Shown piece by piece: positions 48,992 to 57,342 of a stretch of DNA of 64,000 bases. The stretch's first letter is position 1, and every line of letters begins with the position of its first letter. Both the position numbers and the translations under genes were made by a program. The DNA comes from Candidatus Wirthbacteria bacterium (GTDB lineage: Bacteria; Patescibacteriota; CG2-30-54-11). Below the pieces are notes generated by a model. The model did no database searches. It was not told the DNA's origin and saw only the letters and a list, made by a program, of their open reading frames with translations. The stretch is taken from positions 10,599 to 74,598 of the forward strand of contig CAISZI010000053.1 in NCBI GenBank assembly GCA_903889905.1, read 5' to 3'.

Positions 48992-50257
48992 TTATTCCTT
49001 ACTTATAAAGACTAAGATTATGCGTTTCCATTGAAACATAAATACCAGGCCCAGCATGATTAGCAAGGTGATGATAATGTTTGGATAGTTGTTGGTAGTT
49101 AGATCAAAACCCATGCCAGTAGTAGGAAGTTTTGAGAAGGAAGTGACTGACACCTTGGTTGTCGCCGAGAGAACTTTTCCGGTGATCGGTGGAGTCGAAG
49201 TGGAAGGAACGATTGGAGTAGAGATGGGAGTAGAAATGGGAGCAATTGTCGCCGTGATATCGTCATTGGTCACGATACACGTTTTGACATCACCTGCAGC
49301 CAGGATCACGTTACCATTGGTATCACAATCTCCACTCAAGCTTTGTGTGTAGAAGGTTTGAGCTGTTTCACTGACCACGTATGTGCCAGCCACTAAGGTG
49401 TAAGCGGTCCCAGGATCCGTTGCCCCGATCGCCGGACTTCCTTTGACATCTGTCCCATCCAGCAAGACGTGAAGGTTGAATTGGGAAGCCGTGGCTGTCC
49501 CCAAGTCATTGTTAACGACGTGTTTGATGACATGCAGCGTTGCTGGAACAGGTGTTATGGCTTTACATGTCGCTTGGCTAACGGCATTCGTATCCAGCGT
49601 CACCGCACCATTTTGAGCCAAAACACTGCCCTCGACACTGGCGCCCGTCGTCAGAGTGATGGACATCGAGGCCAGGATATTGCCTTTGAAGGTTGAGTCT
49701 GTTCCCAGCGTCGCCGAACTGCCAATTTGCCAAAACACATGACAAGCCTGGGCTCCATTGATGAGATTTACCCGACTTGATCCAGCGGTGATGAGTGTCG
49801 AGGCTGTTTTGAAGATAAAGACAGAGGAGTCATCTCCCTGGCCATCTAGCGTCAATGTCCCGGTAATTCCAAAAGTACCTGTTTCAGAGTCGTAGATACC
49901 GGCGAACTTGGTGGTTCCACCCAGTTCCGTTGGCATGGTTGATACGGGGGTTTGCCCAGCAGCGTTGCTGTAAGCAGTATCGAGAGCCGTTTTGGCCTGA
50001 TCAGCTGCTGTGTCAGCGATGTGTTGTGTCCCATTCAGCGTGCCTGGCGGAAACCCAGTGACCGATGTCCCCGGGCTTAATCCTAAATTCCCGTTGATGA
50101 CGCTGGAACCTGTATTGGTAATCGTGGATCCAGCCAGTACCGCATAGCTACCCGCAGTGCCAAGGTTAATACTGGTCGCGGCACTACTGGTTCCCACCAG
50201 GCCGAATATCAATGCCGCAGACAATACCATTACTGACAGTTTCTTTAACATTTTCAT
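48992..50257 (-). CDS. secreted DUF3494 (ice-binding-like) protein with an LPXTG cell-wall anchor
   Basis: Signal peptide; IBP-type blocks TLTLDGQGDDSSVFIFK..NGAQACHVFWQIGSSATLG..FKGNILA; C-terminal LPTTG plus a hydrophobic stretch and KR tail. Start set at MKMLKKL. Confidence 0.75.
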   Translation of the reverse strand: MKMLKKLSVMVLSAALIFGLVGTSSAATSINLGTAGSYAVLAGSTITNTGSSVINGNLGLSPGTSVTGFPPGTLNGTQHIADTAADQAKTALDTAYSNAAGQTPVSTMPTELGGTTKFAGIYDSETGTFGITGTLTLDGQGDDSSVFIFKTASTLITAGSSRVNLINGAQACHVFWQIGSSATLGTDSTFKGNILASMSITLTTGASVEGSVLAQNGAVTLDTNAVSQATCKAITPVPATLHVIKHVVNNDLGTATASQFNLHVLLDGTDVKGSPAIGATDPGTAYTLVAGTYVVSETAQTFYTQSLSGDCDTNGNVILAAGDVKTCIVTNDDITATIAPISTPISTPIVPSTSTPPITGKVLSATTKVSVTSFSKLPTTGMGFDLTTNNYPNIIITLLIMLGLVFMFQWKRIILVFISKE

Positions 50258-50298
50258 TGAATGCCCTTTCGGAACCCGGTCCAATGTGACGGACAAGA

Positions 50299-51447
50299 CT
50301 ATCTGTGTCCGTTTCGAAGATAAGTATTGGTGATGGTACATGTCTTGTTGTCGCCAGCGTAAAGCGTAACTGCCCCGATAATATTACAACTGCCACTAAA
50401 GGAGCGGATATAGGCAGTATTGGTATTTTCACTGACGATATAGGTGCCAGCAGCGAGGTTATAGCTAGTTCCGGGAGAGGATACGCCCACGGCAGGACTT
50501 CCTGAGACATCAGTGCCGGTTTTTTTGACATGGGTGACAAAGGTTGAGGGAATAGCTGTCCCGCCACTGCCATTGATAACGACTGTCACTACCTTCAGTG
50601 TGGCTGGAATGGGCGGAACCGAAGCAGCAGGAGCGGTGATTGTGCTGGCATCAAGCGTTACTTGCGTTTGCGCCAGGGCTCTACCGTTCAAGACTGCTCC
50701 GGTTTGAATAATCACTTGTTTGGCACTGAGGATGGTTCCATTAAAAGTCGAGTAAGTGCCCAGCGTTGCACCCGTTGAACCACCAACCTGCCAGAAGATG
50801 TTGGAAGCTTTGGCTCCACCAGCGAGAATGACTTTGACCCCGGTGGCGACACTGCCTTTGGAGGCAAGGCTGAGGTTGCCCGAGATTTGAAAGATCCAGA
50901 TATCGTTGGCGCCGCCATAGAGTGTGACATTGCTGGGAATCATTACATTGGTGCTCCATTTGTACAGGCCGGGCGTGATCATTCGACCACCTAAGTTTCC
51001 GGTATACAGCTCCGTTGCTTTCGGGTTGGTTCTGCCAGCAGCCTCGGCGTAGGCTGTGCCCATGTCGAGCACGGCGTTATCCACCAGAGTTTTGTTGGCT
51101 GATGGCGGTGTGCCGGAATAGCAGGTTTGATTGCCACTCCCTACGTAGGCCGCGTCAACGCCGATGATCTTGCCTGTGATTTCGGAACAAAAAACATTAT
51201 TCATCGCCGCTGCAGTTATTGGACTGGAGCCAATGTTTCCGGTTATTTTGGAAGTATGGCTGCCGGTATTGGTGATCCCAGTTTGGGATAGAATAGCGAA
51301 ATTGCCTGTGGAAAGCAGATTGATTGGAGCCAGAGTTGTCGCCGCCACAATGGGTGAGCCCAGACCAAGTGCGAAAAGCGAGAACGCAACTGTCAAAACT
51401 GTCAGGATAGGTCTGAATTTAAATAGTTTCATTTTGGTACCTGTCAT
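50299..51447 (-). CDS. secreted DUF3494 (ice-binding-like) protein, paralogue, no LPXTG
   Basis: ITPGLYKW, DIWIFQISGNL, SNIFWQVGGSTGATLG and FNGTILSA blocks. Same C-terminal Cys-containing beta domain as its neighbour. Confidence 0.75.
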   Translation of the reverse strand: MTGTKMKLFKFRPILTVLTVAFSLFALGLGSPIVAATTLAPINLLSTGNFAILSQTGITNTGSHTSKITGNIGSSPITAAAMNNVFCSEITGKIIGVDAAYVGSGNQTCYSGTPPSANKTLVDNAVLDMGTAYAEAAGRTNPKATELYTGNLGGRMITPGLYKWSTNVMIPSNVTLYGGANDIWIFQISGNLSLASKGSVATGVKVILAGGAKASNIFWQVGGSTGATLGTYSTFNGTILSAKQVIIQTGAVLNGRALAQTQVTLDASTITAPAASVPPIPATLKVVTVVINGSGGTAIPSTFVTHVKKTGTDVSGSPAVGVSSPGTSYNLAAGTYIVSENTNTAYIRSFSGSCNIIGAVTLYAGDNKTCTITNTYLRNGHR

Positions 51448-51461
51448 TAATTTGATTATTT

Positions 51462-51701
51462 TTATATCCGACGGCTGACAAAAAGGACGATCAGCGCCCC
51501 AATCACTGCCACCACCATAGAGACGACATTGAATCCTGATATACCGACGCCAAACAATAGTTGTCCTAGATATCCGCCAACCACAGCACCCACAATTCCC
51601 AGGATAATGGAGCCGAGGATCCCACCCTTGGAACTGGGCGAGATAAAGTTAGCAATGCTGCCGGCAATCAGACCGAAGATGATCCAATAGATGATTGTCA
51701 T
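51462..51701 (-). CDS. GlsB/YeaQ/YmgE family stress membrane protein
   Basis: WIIFGLIAGSIANFI...GIVGAVVGGYLG pattern. Confidence 0.75.
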   Translation of the reverse strand: MTIIYWIIFGLIAGSIANFISPSSKGGILGSIILGIVGAVVGGYLGQLLFGVGISGFNVVSMVVAVIGALIVLFVSRRI

Positions 51702-51734
51702 CTTGATTTAACCTCCTAATGTGATAGAACCGAT

Positions 51735-52193
51735 TTATTGATTGTCGACGGATTGTTCGACTTCTTCCTGGTTGGTGGGTTTGACCAGCTGGAACAGCGC
51801 CACAATGCCGTAGGCAATGATGGCGTAGACAGCCATGGCAATCAGCGTTGACCACTCAATCACCATGTCGGCGCTTTTGGTTGTCGCCAGAATGCCGGAA
51901 AACGGCAGGGCGAAGGGATTGCTGATACCGTAGATGAAGCTGGTAAACCCGCTTTGGGCGTTGGCTCCCAGCAGTTTGAGCAGGATTCGAAAGGTAAGCA
52001 GAACTTCAACAATACCCAAGGCATACCAGACGACCTGGTAGGTGCGAAAAATGGCTTTTTTGGTCTGGTATTCTTTTTGGGGTGAGCCCTCATTCACAGT
52101 CGGTCCTGAGGTAAAGGTGCGACGGAAGGTTTGTTCTGGCGCGGGTGAAGCGATCGTGGTTTCTTCGCGTGACTGAGTGATTTGTTCTGGCAT
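51735..52193 (-). CDS. YggT family membrane protein
   Basis: Two TM segments; VEVLLTFRILLKLLGAN is YggT-like. Confidence 0.55.
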   Translation of the reverse strand: MPEQITQSREETTIASPAPEQTFRRTFTSGPTVNEGSPQKEYQTKKAIFRTYQVVWYALGIVEVLLTFRILLKLLGANAQSGFTSFIYGISNPFALPFSGILATTKSADMVIEWSTLIAMAVYAIIAYGIVALFQLVKPTNQEEVEQSVDNQ

Positions 52194-52208
52194 GGTTATT
52201 CCTTGGGA

Positions 52209-52397
52209 TTATTTGTTGTCATTGGGTAAATACTGGATCAATGCCCTTTCGACAAAGGTTTTGAAACTGGTCTTTTCAATGATGGCGCGGACACGTGAAT
52301 ATCCGGCACTTAGTTGAAAACCAACTTGTCCTTTGGTGGCAGGAGTATTAATCGGATTTGCGATCAGATCAGTGGACTGATTAATGGGAGTTAACAT
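52209..52397 (-). CDS. ribbon-helix-helix (CopG/Arc-like) small protein
   Basis: C-terminal ...RAIIEKTSFKTFVERALIQYLPND. Paralogue of the 53781..53954 gene. Confidence 0.5.
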   Translation of the reverse strand: MLTPINQSTDLIANPINTPATKGQVGFQLSAGYSRVRAIIEKTSFKTFVERALIQYLPNDNK

Positions 52398-52435
52398 TGG
52401 GACACACTTTCTTTATTGTTGGCAATGACGCAGAT

Positions 52436-52587
52436 CTAGCTTGATTTGCGAAACAACCGATAAATGATAATGATAATGGCGATCACCAACAGGACGTGGA
52501 TAAGTGATCCGGCGATGTTCAAAACAAAGCCGCCCAGCCAGGCAATGATGAGAATGAGGATGAGGATGAGAATTTCGATAATACCCA
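52436..52587 (-). CDS. lmo0937-family-like small membrane protein (50 aa), not in ORF track
   Basis: Manual translation gives MGIIEILILILILIIAWLGGFVLNIAGSLIHVLLVIAIIIIIYRLFRKSS. RBS AAGAAGGAAAATT-ATG. Confidence 0.6.
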
Positions 52588-52612
52588 TAATTTTCCTTCT
52601 TTAAGTAGTTGA

Positions 52613-52957
52613 TTAATTTTCCTGCGCGGCTTTTTGGGCGTCTTTGATCCCGTTGCGCAGCGTTTTTTTGACTGAATCGGTCACTTTTTTCGCTTTTACT
52701 TTGCCTTGCAGGAGGCGGATATCCAATTCGTTTTTTTTGACCATTGCTTGATCTTGAAAATCACCGATCGAATCCAGCGCCTGATTTTTGATGTCCGTTA
52801 ATTTGGTTTTGACCTCTTGGCGTTTGTGCTGATTGGAGAGCGCCGCGGCACCGACAGCAAAGGCTCCGGCACCTATCATCGCGCCTGTGAGTGCGACGAC
52901 GACTGGATTGGGCCCTTTTGGTTCGATAATGGGTTCTTTTTGTTTAGTTGCTTTCAT
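52613..52957 (-). CDS. membrane-anchored coiled-coil protein (YtxH/DUF948-like)
   Basis: N-terminal TM (VVVALTGAMIGAGAFAVGAAAL) then a K/Q-rich helical region. Confidence 0.5.
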   Translation of the reverse strand: MKATKQKEPIIEPKGPNPVVVALTGAMIGAGAFAVGAAALSNQHKRQEVKTKLTDIKNQALDSIGDFQDQAMVKKNELDIRLLQGKVKAKKVTDSVKKTLRNGIKDAQKAAQEN

Positions 52958-53119
52958 GATCTTCTCCTTGGTAATGCAATTAATTTTTTCATTGCCCTAC
53001 TTGTTGCACTTTGCATTATAAAGAGATTGTCCAGCGGACGCAGTAACTCAGCTCATGCAGCTGATGTGACTGAAATCACAGACCAGATGAGAGATGAAAC
53101 GTCAGATGGACAGGCTAAA

Positions 53120-53788
53120 TTAACGGTCGGTTACTGATTTACTTGCTAGCAATTCCGCTTCGAGTTTCTGTATGTCGTGGAATTCCATGCCATGGTCAAC
53201 GAAATGAATAAGATTTTTATGGGAAAGTTTTTGTAGTTCAATGCTGGCAGTTTCGCGCGCTATGCCAACCAAAGTTGCTATGTCCTGGTGAGTGAAGTGG
53301 TGTTTGATCATAACCGTATTCCCCGACTGTTCACCAAAATGTTTAGCAATATAGAGCAAAATCGAAATAACCCGGCGATAGGCATCACTGAAGACGAGAT
53401 GTTCAATACGGGTGAGCGATTCGGCGTAGTCTTTAAGTAAGTCGCTCATCAGGGCGAAGATCAGTTCCGGTTTGTCTTTGATAAAGCCAACAACCTGGTC
53501 CCGTGGCGCACGGCCCACTTCCACCCTCGTGAGCGCTTCAAAGTTGTAGACATTGGGCGTGCCATTGATGGCCCAAACCTTGGGGAAAAAAGATGTCGGT
53601 TGTAGGATATGTAGCGTCAGTTCCATTCCAGTTTTGGAAAGGGTGTACTGGCGGACATAGCCTTTGGTCAGACAAAAGATACCCTGCGGCTCGTCGTCGG
53701 CACGGATTAGCATCTCGCCTTGTTTGTACTGGCGCGGCTGGAACTGGTCAAAAAATTCTTCAAATACCTTGGTCTTGATATTAGTCAC
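53120..53788 (-). CDS. Crp/Fnr family transcriptional regulator (paralogue)
   Basis: cNMP-binding domain plus HTH. Overlaps the upstream RHH gene by 8 nt. Confidence 0.85.
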   Translation of the reverse strand: MTNIKTKVFEEFFDQFQPRQYKQGEMLIRADDEPQGIFCLTKGYVRQYTLSKTGMELTLHILQPTSFFPKVWAINGTPNVYNFEALTRVEVGRAPRDQVVGFIKDKPELIFALMSDLLKDYAESLTRIEHLVFSDAYRRVISILLYIAKHFGEQSGNTVMIKHHFTHQDIATLVGIARETASIELQKLSHKNLIHFVDHGMEFHDIQKLEAELLASKSVTDR

Positions 53789-53954
53789 TTCCCGTTGCTT
53801 TCTTGATGACTATTTCATTGGGAAGGTATTGAATTAATGCTTTTTCCACCAGATTGGTCAGGCTCAAACCCTCGACTACCGCCTGCACTTTGGCTTGTTT
53901 GGCAATGGTTGGGTTGATAAACAGAGTGATGCGTTGTTTGGAGTTAGTTGTCAT
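53781..53954 (-). CDS. ribbon-helix-helix small protein
   Basis: Start set at MTTNSKQRITLF. C-terminus AVVEGLSLTNLVEKALIQYLPNE. The upstream part of ORF 53781..54083 is low-complexity and contains a terminator hairpin. Confidence 0.5.
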   Translation of the reverse strand: MTTNSKQRITLFINPTIAKQAKVQAVVEGLSLTNLVEKALIQYLPNEIVIKKATGSD

Positions 53955-54250
53955 ACTTGATATGGTACGCTTATTTGTAGTACTTGTCGAATATGAGATT
54001 AGACGAAGAGATAGCCAAAAATTAAAAAAAACCTCAAGATGAGGTGTTTGAAGTTGTTGTTTTGCCACAGGCAGCAAGCACAATGATGCAGTTGGTCAGG
54101 TAGGAACGCAGGACAAAGTTTATGCTTATGGGAACCCTTGTTGATGAATTAACTGGGAGAAGCTGACCTAAGTCTAGCGATGATTTTTGAACAAATCAAA
54201 AAATCCCCGCACGACGAATAGGAGGCCCGATGTTTTGTTTGGTTTTGCTG

Positions 54251-55537
54251 TCAGCCTGTTGCCTGTTTGAGTTCCTGAATCGCAGCCTGCACCGTGGGTT
54301 TGGGCAGTTCCGTTTGGGTCCACTGTTGCCAGGCTTGCAGGAAGTGGTCGCGGTCCAATTCTCCTTGATCGCTTAGCCCCTCATTCGATCTCGTCACAAT
54401 CTGATCGATGACAAACAGCAGGACGCGGCAAACGAGCGGGTCAAATTGCTTGCCGGATTCGTTTTGAATGTAGGTAGCGACTTTCGACAGAGGCCATGTT
54501 ACTGTGCGATAGTGACGTGGTGAGGTCAAGGCGTCCATGACATCGACCAGAGAAAAGATGCGGGCGACCTGCGGGATATCGTTGCCGGTGAGGCCTTGGG
54601 GATAGCCGGTCCCATCCCAACGTTCATGGTGACAATAGGGAATGTCGAGTATGACGCGGAATTCCTTAATCTTTTCCAGCAAGTTTTTGCCAATGGTAGT
54701 ATGCTTATTCATCTCCAGACGTTTCTCTGGTGACAGTTTTCCGGGTTCGAGAAAAATGTCATCCCTGATGCCAATTTTCCCGATATCGTGTAAGCGGGCG
54801 CCCAGATTCTGTTGCGATATCGTTGCATCGTCTAGTCCGAGGGCTTTGGCCAGCAGCTCAAAGGTGATGGCCACGCGATCAGAATGGTCGGCCGTTTCCA
54901 AGTTTTTTGTTTCCAGTAGATTGACCCAGACTAAGGCTAATTCGCGCAATGCGACTTGGGCGCGTTGTCTTTCCATGTCCAAGCGCTGTCTTTCCATGTC
55001 CAAGAGTTCTCTTTCCAAGACCAACTGGGTGACGTCTGCAAGCACGGTCATAAATTGACCCTGTTCTGTTGACCTGACATTGACTTTGAAATAACGCTTG
55101 GTTGCTTCGATGTATTCCAAAAAAGATGCGGGTTTGCCTGTTTTGGCTACAGCCGCATAATAACGATCAAGTTGATCTGGAGTATGAAGAATTGACGATG
55201 CCAGCTGGCCTTCAACTGATTGTGAGGGATCGAGACCCATATCGCGGTAGTAAGCAGGATTGGCATGCAGGATTATATAGTCGACAGCGACCATGCCATC
55301 CGTTATTGGTTCGTCTGCAGCAAGTGGTCGCGGTATTACGTCATTAGGTCTGGTATAGAGGACTTCATAGAGTACAACACCTTCAGACATGATTTCGAAT
55401 AGTTGGCGGAAATTTGTTTCGCTTTGTCGTCGAGTTATTTCAGTTTCACCCCGTCTAGAACCCGTAGCAGTTACTACCTCCATGGGGGCTGGATGTGTAA
55501 AATCGGGTTCACTTGGCCTTGTGTTATCTATTTCCAT
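54251..55537 (-). CDS. HD-GYP domain c-di-GMP phosphodiesterase with an N-terminal sensory region
   Basis: HD...HDIGK...HHERWDGTGYPQGL. Confidence 0.85.
   Translation of the reverse strand: MEIDNTRPSEPDFTHPAPMEVVTATGSRRGETEITRRQSETNFRQLFEIMSEGVVLYEVLYTRPNDVIPRPLAADEPITDGMVAVDYIILHANPAYYRDMGLDPSQSVEGQLASSILHTPDQLDRYYAAVAKTGKPASFLEYIEATKRYFKVNVRSTEQGQFMTVLADVTQLVLERELLDMERQRLDMERQRAQVALRELALVWVNLLETKNLETADHSDRVAITFELLAKALGLDDATISQQNLGARLHDIGKIGIRDDIFLEPGKLSPEKRLEMNKHTTIGKNLLEKIKEFRVILDIPYCHHERWDGTGYPQGLTGNDIPQVARIFSLVDVMDALTSPRHYRTVTWPLSKVATYIQNESGKQFDPLVCRVLLFVIDQIVTRSNEGLSDQGELDRDHFLQAWQQWTQTELPKPTVQAAIQELKQATG
54966..55022 (-). repeat. in-frame tandem 21-bp repeat (2.7 copies) inside the HD-GYP gene
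   Basis: tgtctttccatgtccaagcgc x2 plus a partial copy. Encodes LDMERQR repeats. Confidence 0.8.
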
Positions 55538-55866
55538 TTTTGGAAAATAGTATAAATAAACACATTAATTGTACCAGCAAAAGCCGGGGGCGACAAAGTA
55601 GGAGTCTTTTTTGTCTTTTGGCATCGATTACGGAACAGAGACAGTCAGTGGGCCTAAAAAAACATCTCGAGTCGAGGTGGTTGATTGTGTTTTGGTGAGT
55701 CACGTCGGTCTCGACTGACGTGGTGGGTGAGAGGGGAATTGTCCCGCTGCTGCGAGACTGCGTCCTTAAATTTGGGTTCACAATGGGGGTAAACGCCTCT
55801 TGTTTTGTGGTGGGCAACCAGGTGCAATTCTGCAACACCTCGAGGATATGATGCCGCATGATTTTT

Positions 55867-55890
55867 CTTGCAAGCAATCCTGCTTGCAAG
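55867..55890. promoter_or_regulatory. paired CTTGCAAG palindromes forming a 9-bp perfect hairpin
   Basis: cttgcaagc-aatcct-gcttgcaag, within the 400-bp region upstream of the HD-GYP gene. Confidence 0.45.
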
Positions 55891-55943
55891 TCGGCCATTT
55901 CATTTAGCGACTGGGAAAAGAAAGCATCAATTAAAGACGTTCT

Positions 55944-56357
55944 CTAATTTGCTTTCATCCGGTTTGCTTTTGGTTCGTGTGTGAGCTTAGCCAGCCCGAG
56001 CGCCTCCATCAACGGCGGTATGTACATCCCGAAGCGGCCGCGAAGTCCTTTCTTCAAACCGTACCAACCTCCGACAGGATTTGTCGTTGCGCGTCCCCAT
56101 GATTCCACGGTTCCATCTTTGGCAGGTTTTTGTTCGTCGGCGCTGCCGAGCTCCATCCAGTCCCCATGCTTTTTCAGCATGGCATGCAAGTCTTCGAGGC
56201 AGCGAATTTCATAGTGCAGAGTCGTCTTTCCCACAGTACATACGAGTATTTCCTTGCCGTTTTTTTCTTCAACATGCATGGTATATTCCGATGACAATGG
56301 CGGTGTTTTGAGCTTCAGGGGATTATCTCTGGTGCCGATTTCTTCTGAATAATTCAT
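55944..56357 (-). CDS. hypothetical protein (137 aa)
   Basis: Strong RBS AAGGAG 5 nt before ATG. No recognisable motif. Confidence 0.6.
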   Translation of the reverse strand: MNYSEEIGTRDNPLKLKTPPLSSEYTMHVEEKNGKEILVCTVGKTTLHYEIRCLEDLHAMLKKHGDWMELGSADEQKPAKDGTVESWGRATTNPVGGWYGLKKGLRGRFGMYIPPLMEALGLAKLTHEPKANRMKAN

Positions 56358-56524
56358 GATAGCTCCTTATATTGATTCTGCGGTTATATTTGCAGCATAC
56401 CATGGTTTTTTTGGGGGGGACAATGATGATCGGTAGATGCTCAGTTTGACCTTTTGTTTATCGGTAAATAATGAAAAAAAGAGGTGGAGTCATGACTCCA
56501 TCTCTTTTTAGTTTTCCTATTGTT

Positions 56525-56609
56525 TGGTGGGCGAGACAGGACTTGAACCTGCAATCCTTTTGGGAACATGCTCCTAAGGCATGCGCGTATACCATTCCGC
56601 CACTCGCCC
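56525..56609 (-). tRNA. tRNA-Leu (anticodon UAG), type II with long variable arm
   Basis: Reverse complement GGGCGAG..CATGC-CTTAGGA-GCATG..long arm..CTCGCCC-A-CCA. Confidence 0.85.
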
Positions 56610-56614
56610 TCCTA

Positions 56615-56651
56615 CGCTTCGGGAAGTCTGCTTGGTAAGCAGACAAGCTTC
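56615..56651. repeat. left inverted repeat flanking the GIY-YIG gene
   Basis: cgcttcgggaagtct-GCTTggtaAAGC-agacaagcttc; matches the reverse complement of 57052-57090. Confidence 0.7.
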
Positions 56652-56736
56652 GGAGGGCAGGCCCTCCTTGGCTCAACTATCGTTTGGATCATCCGTTGAG
56701 AGTAAGATCCTCCTTGGCTCAACGACGGTTCGTAGT

Positions 56737-56982
56737 TTATGCTATCAGGTGTTTTTGTGCAAATGTTTTACCGGAGCCAATCTTGCAGTATTTTTCCAAT
56801 TCAATTGCTTTGGATTCAGTCATCACGGCAACAAAAAATACCAATTTCCAAGGGGCCCATTTGGAAGTATGGGGTGATTGGCCGGCATTGTGAGTCGCAA
56901 GACGGTTGTCCACATTATTCGTGAGGCCAATGTAGGTTTGGTCGGGATGACTTTCACTTTTAATACAATAAACATAAAACAT
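56737..56982 (-). CDS. GIY-YIG domain protein, YhbQ/UPF0213-like (81 aa)
   Basis: FYVYCIKSESHPDQTYIGLTNNVDNRLATHNAG... Start set at internal Met with RBS GGAG. AT-rich. Confidence 0.65.
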   Translation of the reverse strand: MFYVYCIKSESHPDQTYIGLTNNVDNRLATHNAGQSPHTSKWAPWKLVFFVAVMTESKAIELEKYCKIGSGKTFAQKHLIA

Positions 56983-57051
56983 GTTTTTCTCCAACAAAAA
57001 AGCCCAATTCATTTGGGCTTTTATTTGTATTCTTTGGATGGCCTGCCATAC

Positions 57052-57090
57052 GAAGCTTGTCTACTTTAACAAAGTAGACTTCCCGAAGCG
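57052..57090. repeat. right inverted repeat flanking the GIY-YIG gene
   Basis: Reverse complement is cgcttcgggaagtct-ACTTtgttaAAGT-agacaagcttc. Confidence 0.7.
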
Positions 57091-57095
57091 AAGTA

Positions 57096-57172
57096 TGGTG
57101 GAGCTGAAGGGATTCGAACCCTTGACCTCTTGCATGCCATGCAAGCGCTCTAACCAGCTGAGCTACAGCCCC
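57096..57172 (-). tRNA. tRNA-Ala (anticodon GGC)
   Basis: Reverse complement GGGGCTGTAGCTCAGCTGGTTAGAGCGCTTGCATGGCATGCAAGAGGTCAAGGGTTCGAATCCCTTCAGCTCCACCA with the G3-U70 Ala identity pair. Confidence 0.85.
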
Positions 57173-57342
57173 ACGGATTAGCTTGGAGTTGGGAGCGTGG
57201 AGGCGGGAAAGGACAGTATTCACTCCAGGCTCATTGCTCCATGCTCAAAACTCGCTTCGACAGTATAGTAACTTTTGGCTTTTGCGTCTACACCCAATTT
57301 GAAGTAGAGTGATTTTTGGATATTAATTACGGGATTTGAGCT

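Noticed and set aside
55524-55898. 124-aa minus-strand ORF filling the HD-GYP upstream gap
   Set aside because: Low-complexity Ser/Thr/Pro-rich translation with no RBS. It overlaps hairpins and the HD-GYP start.
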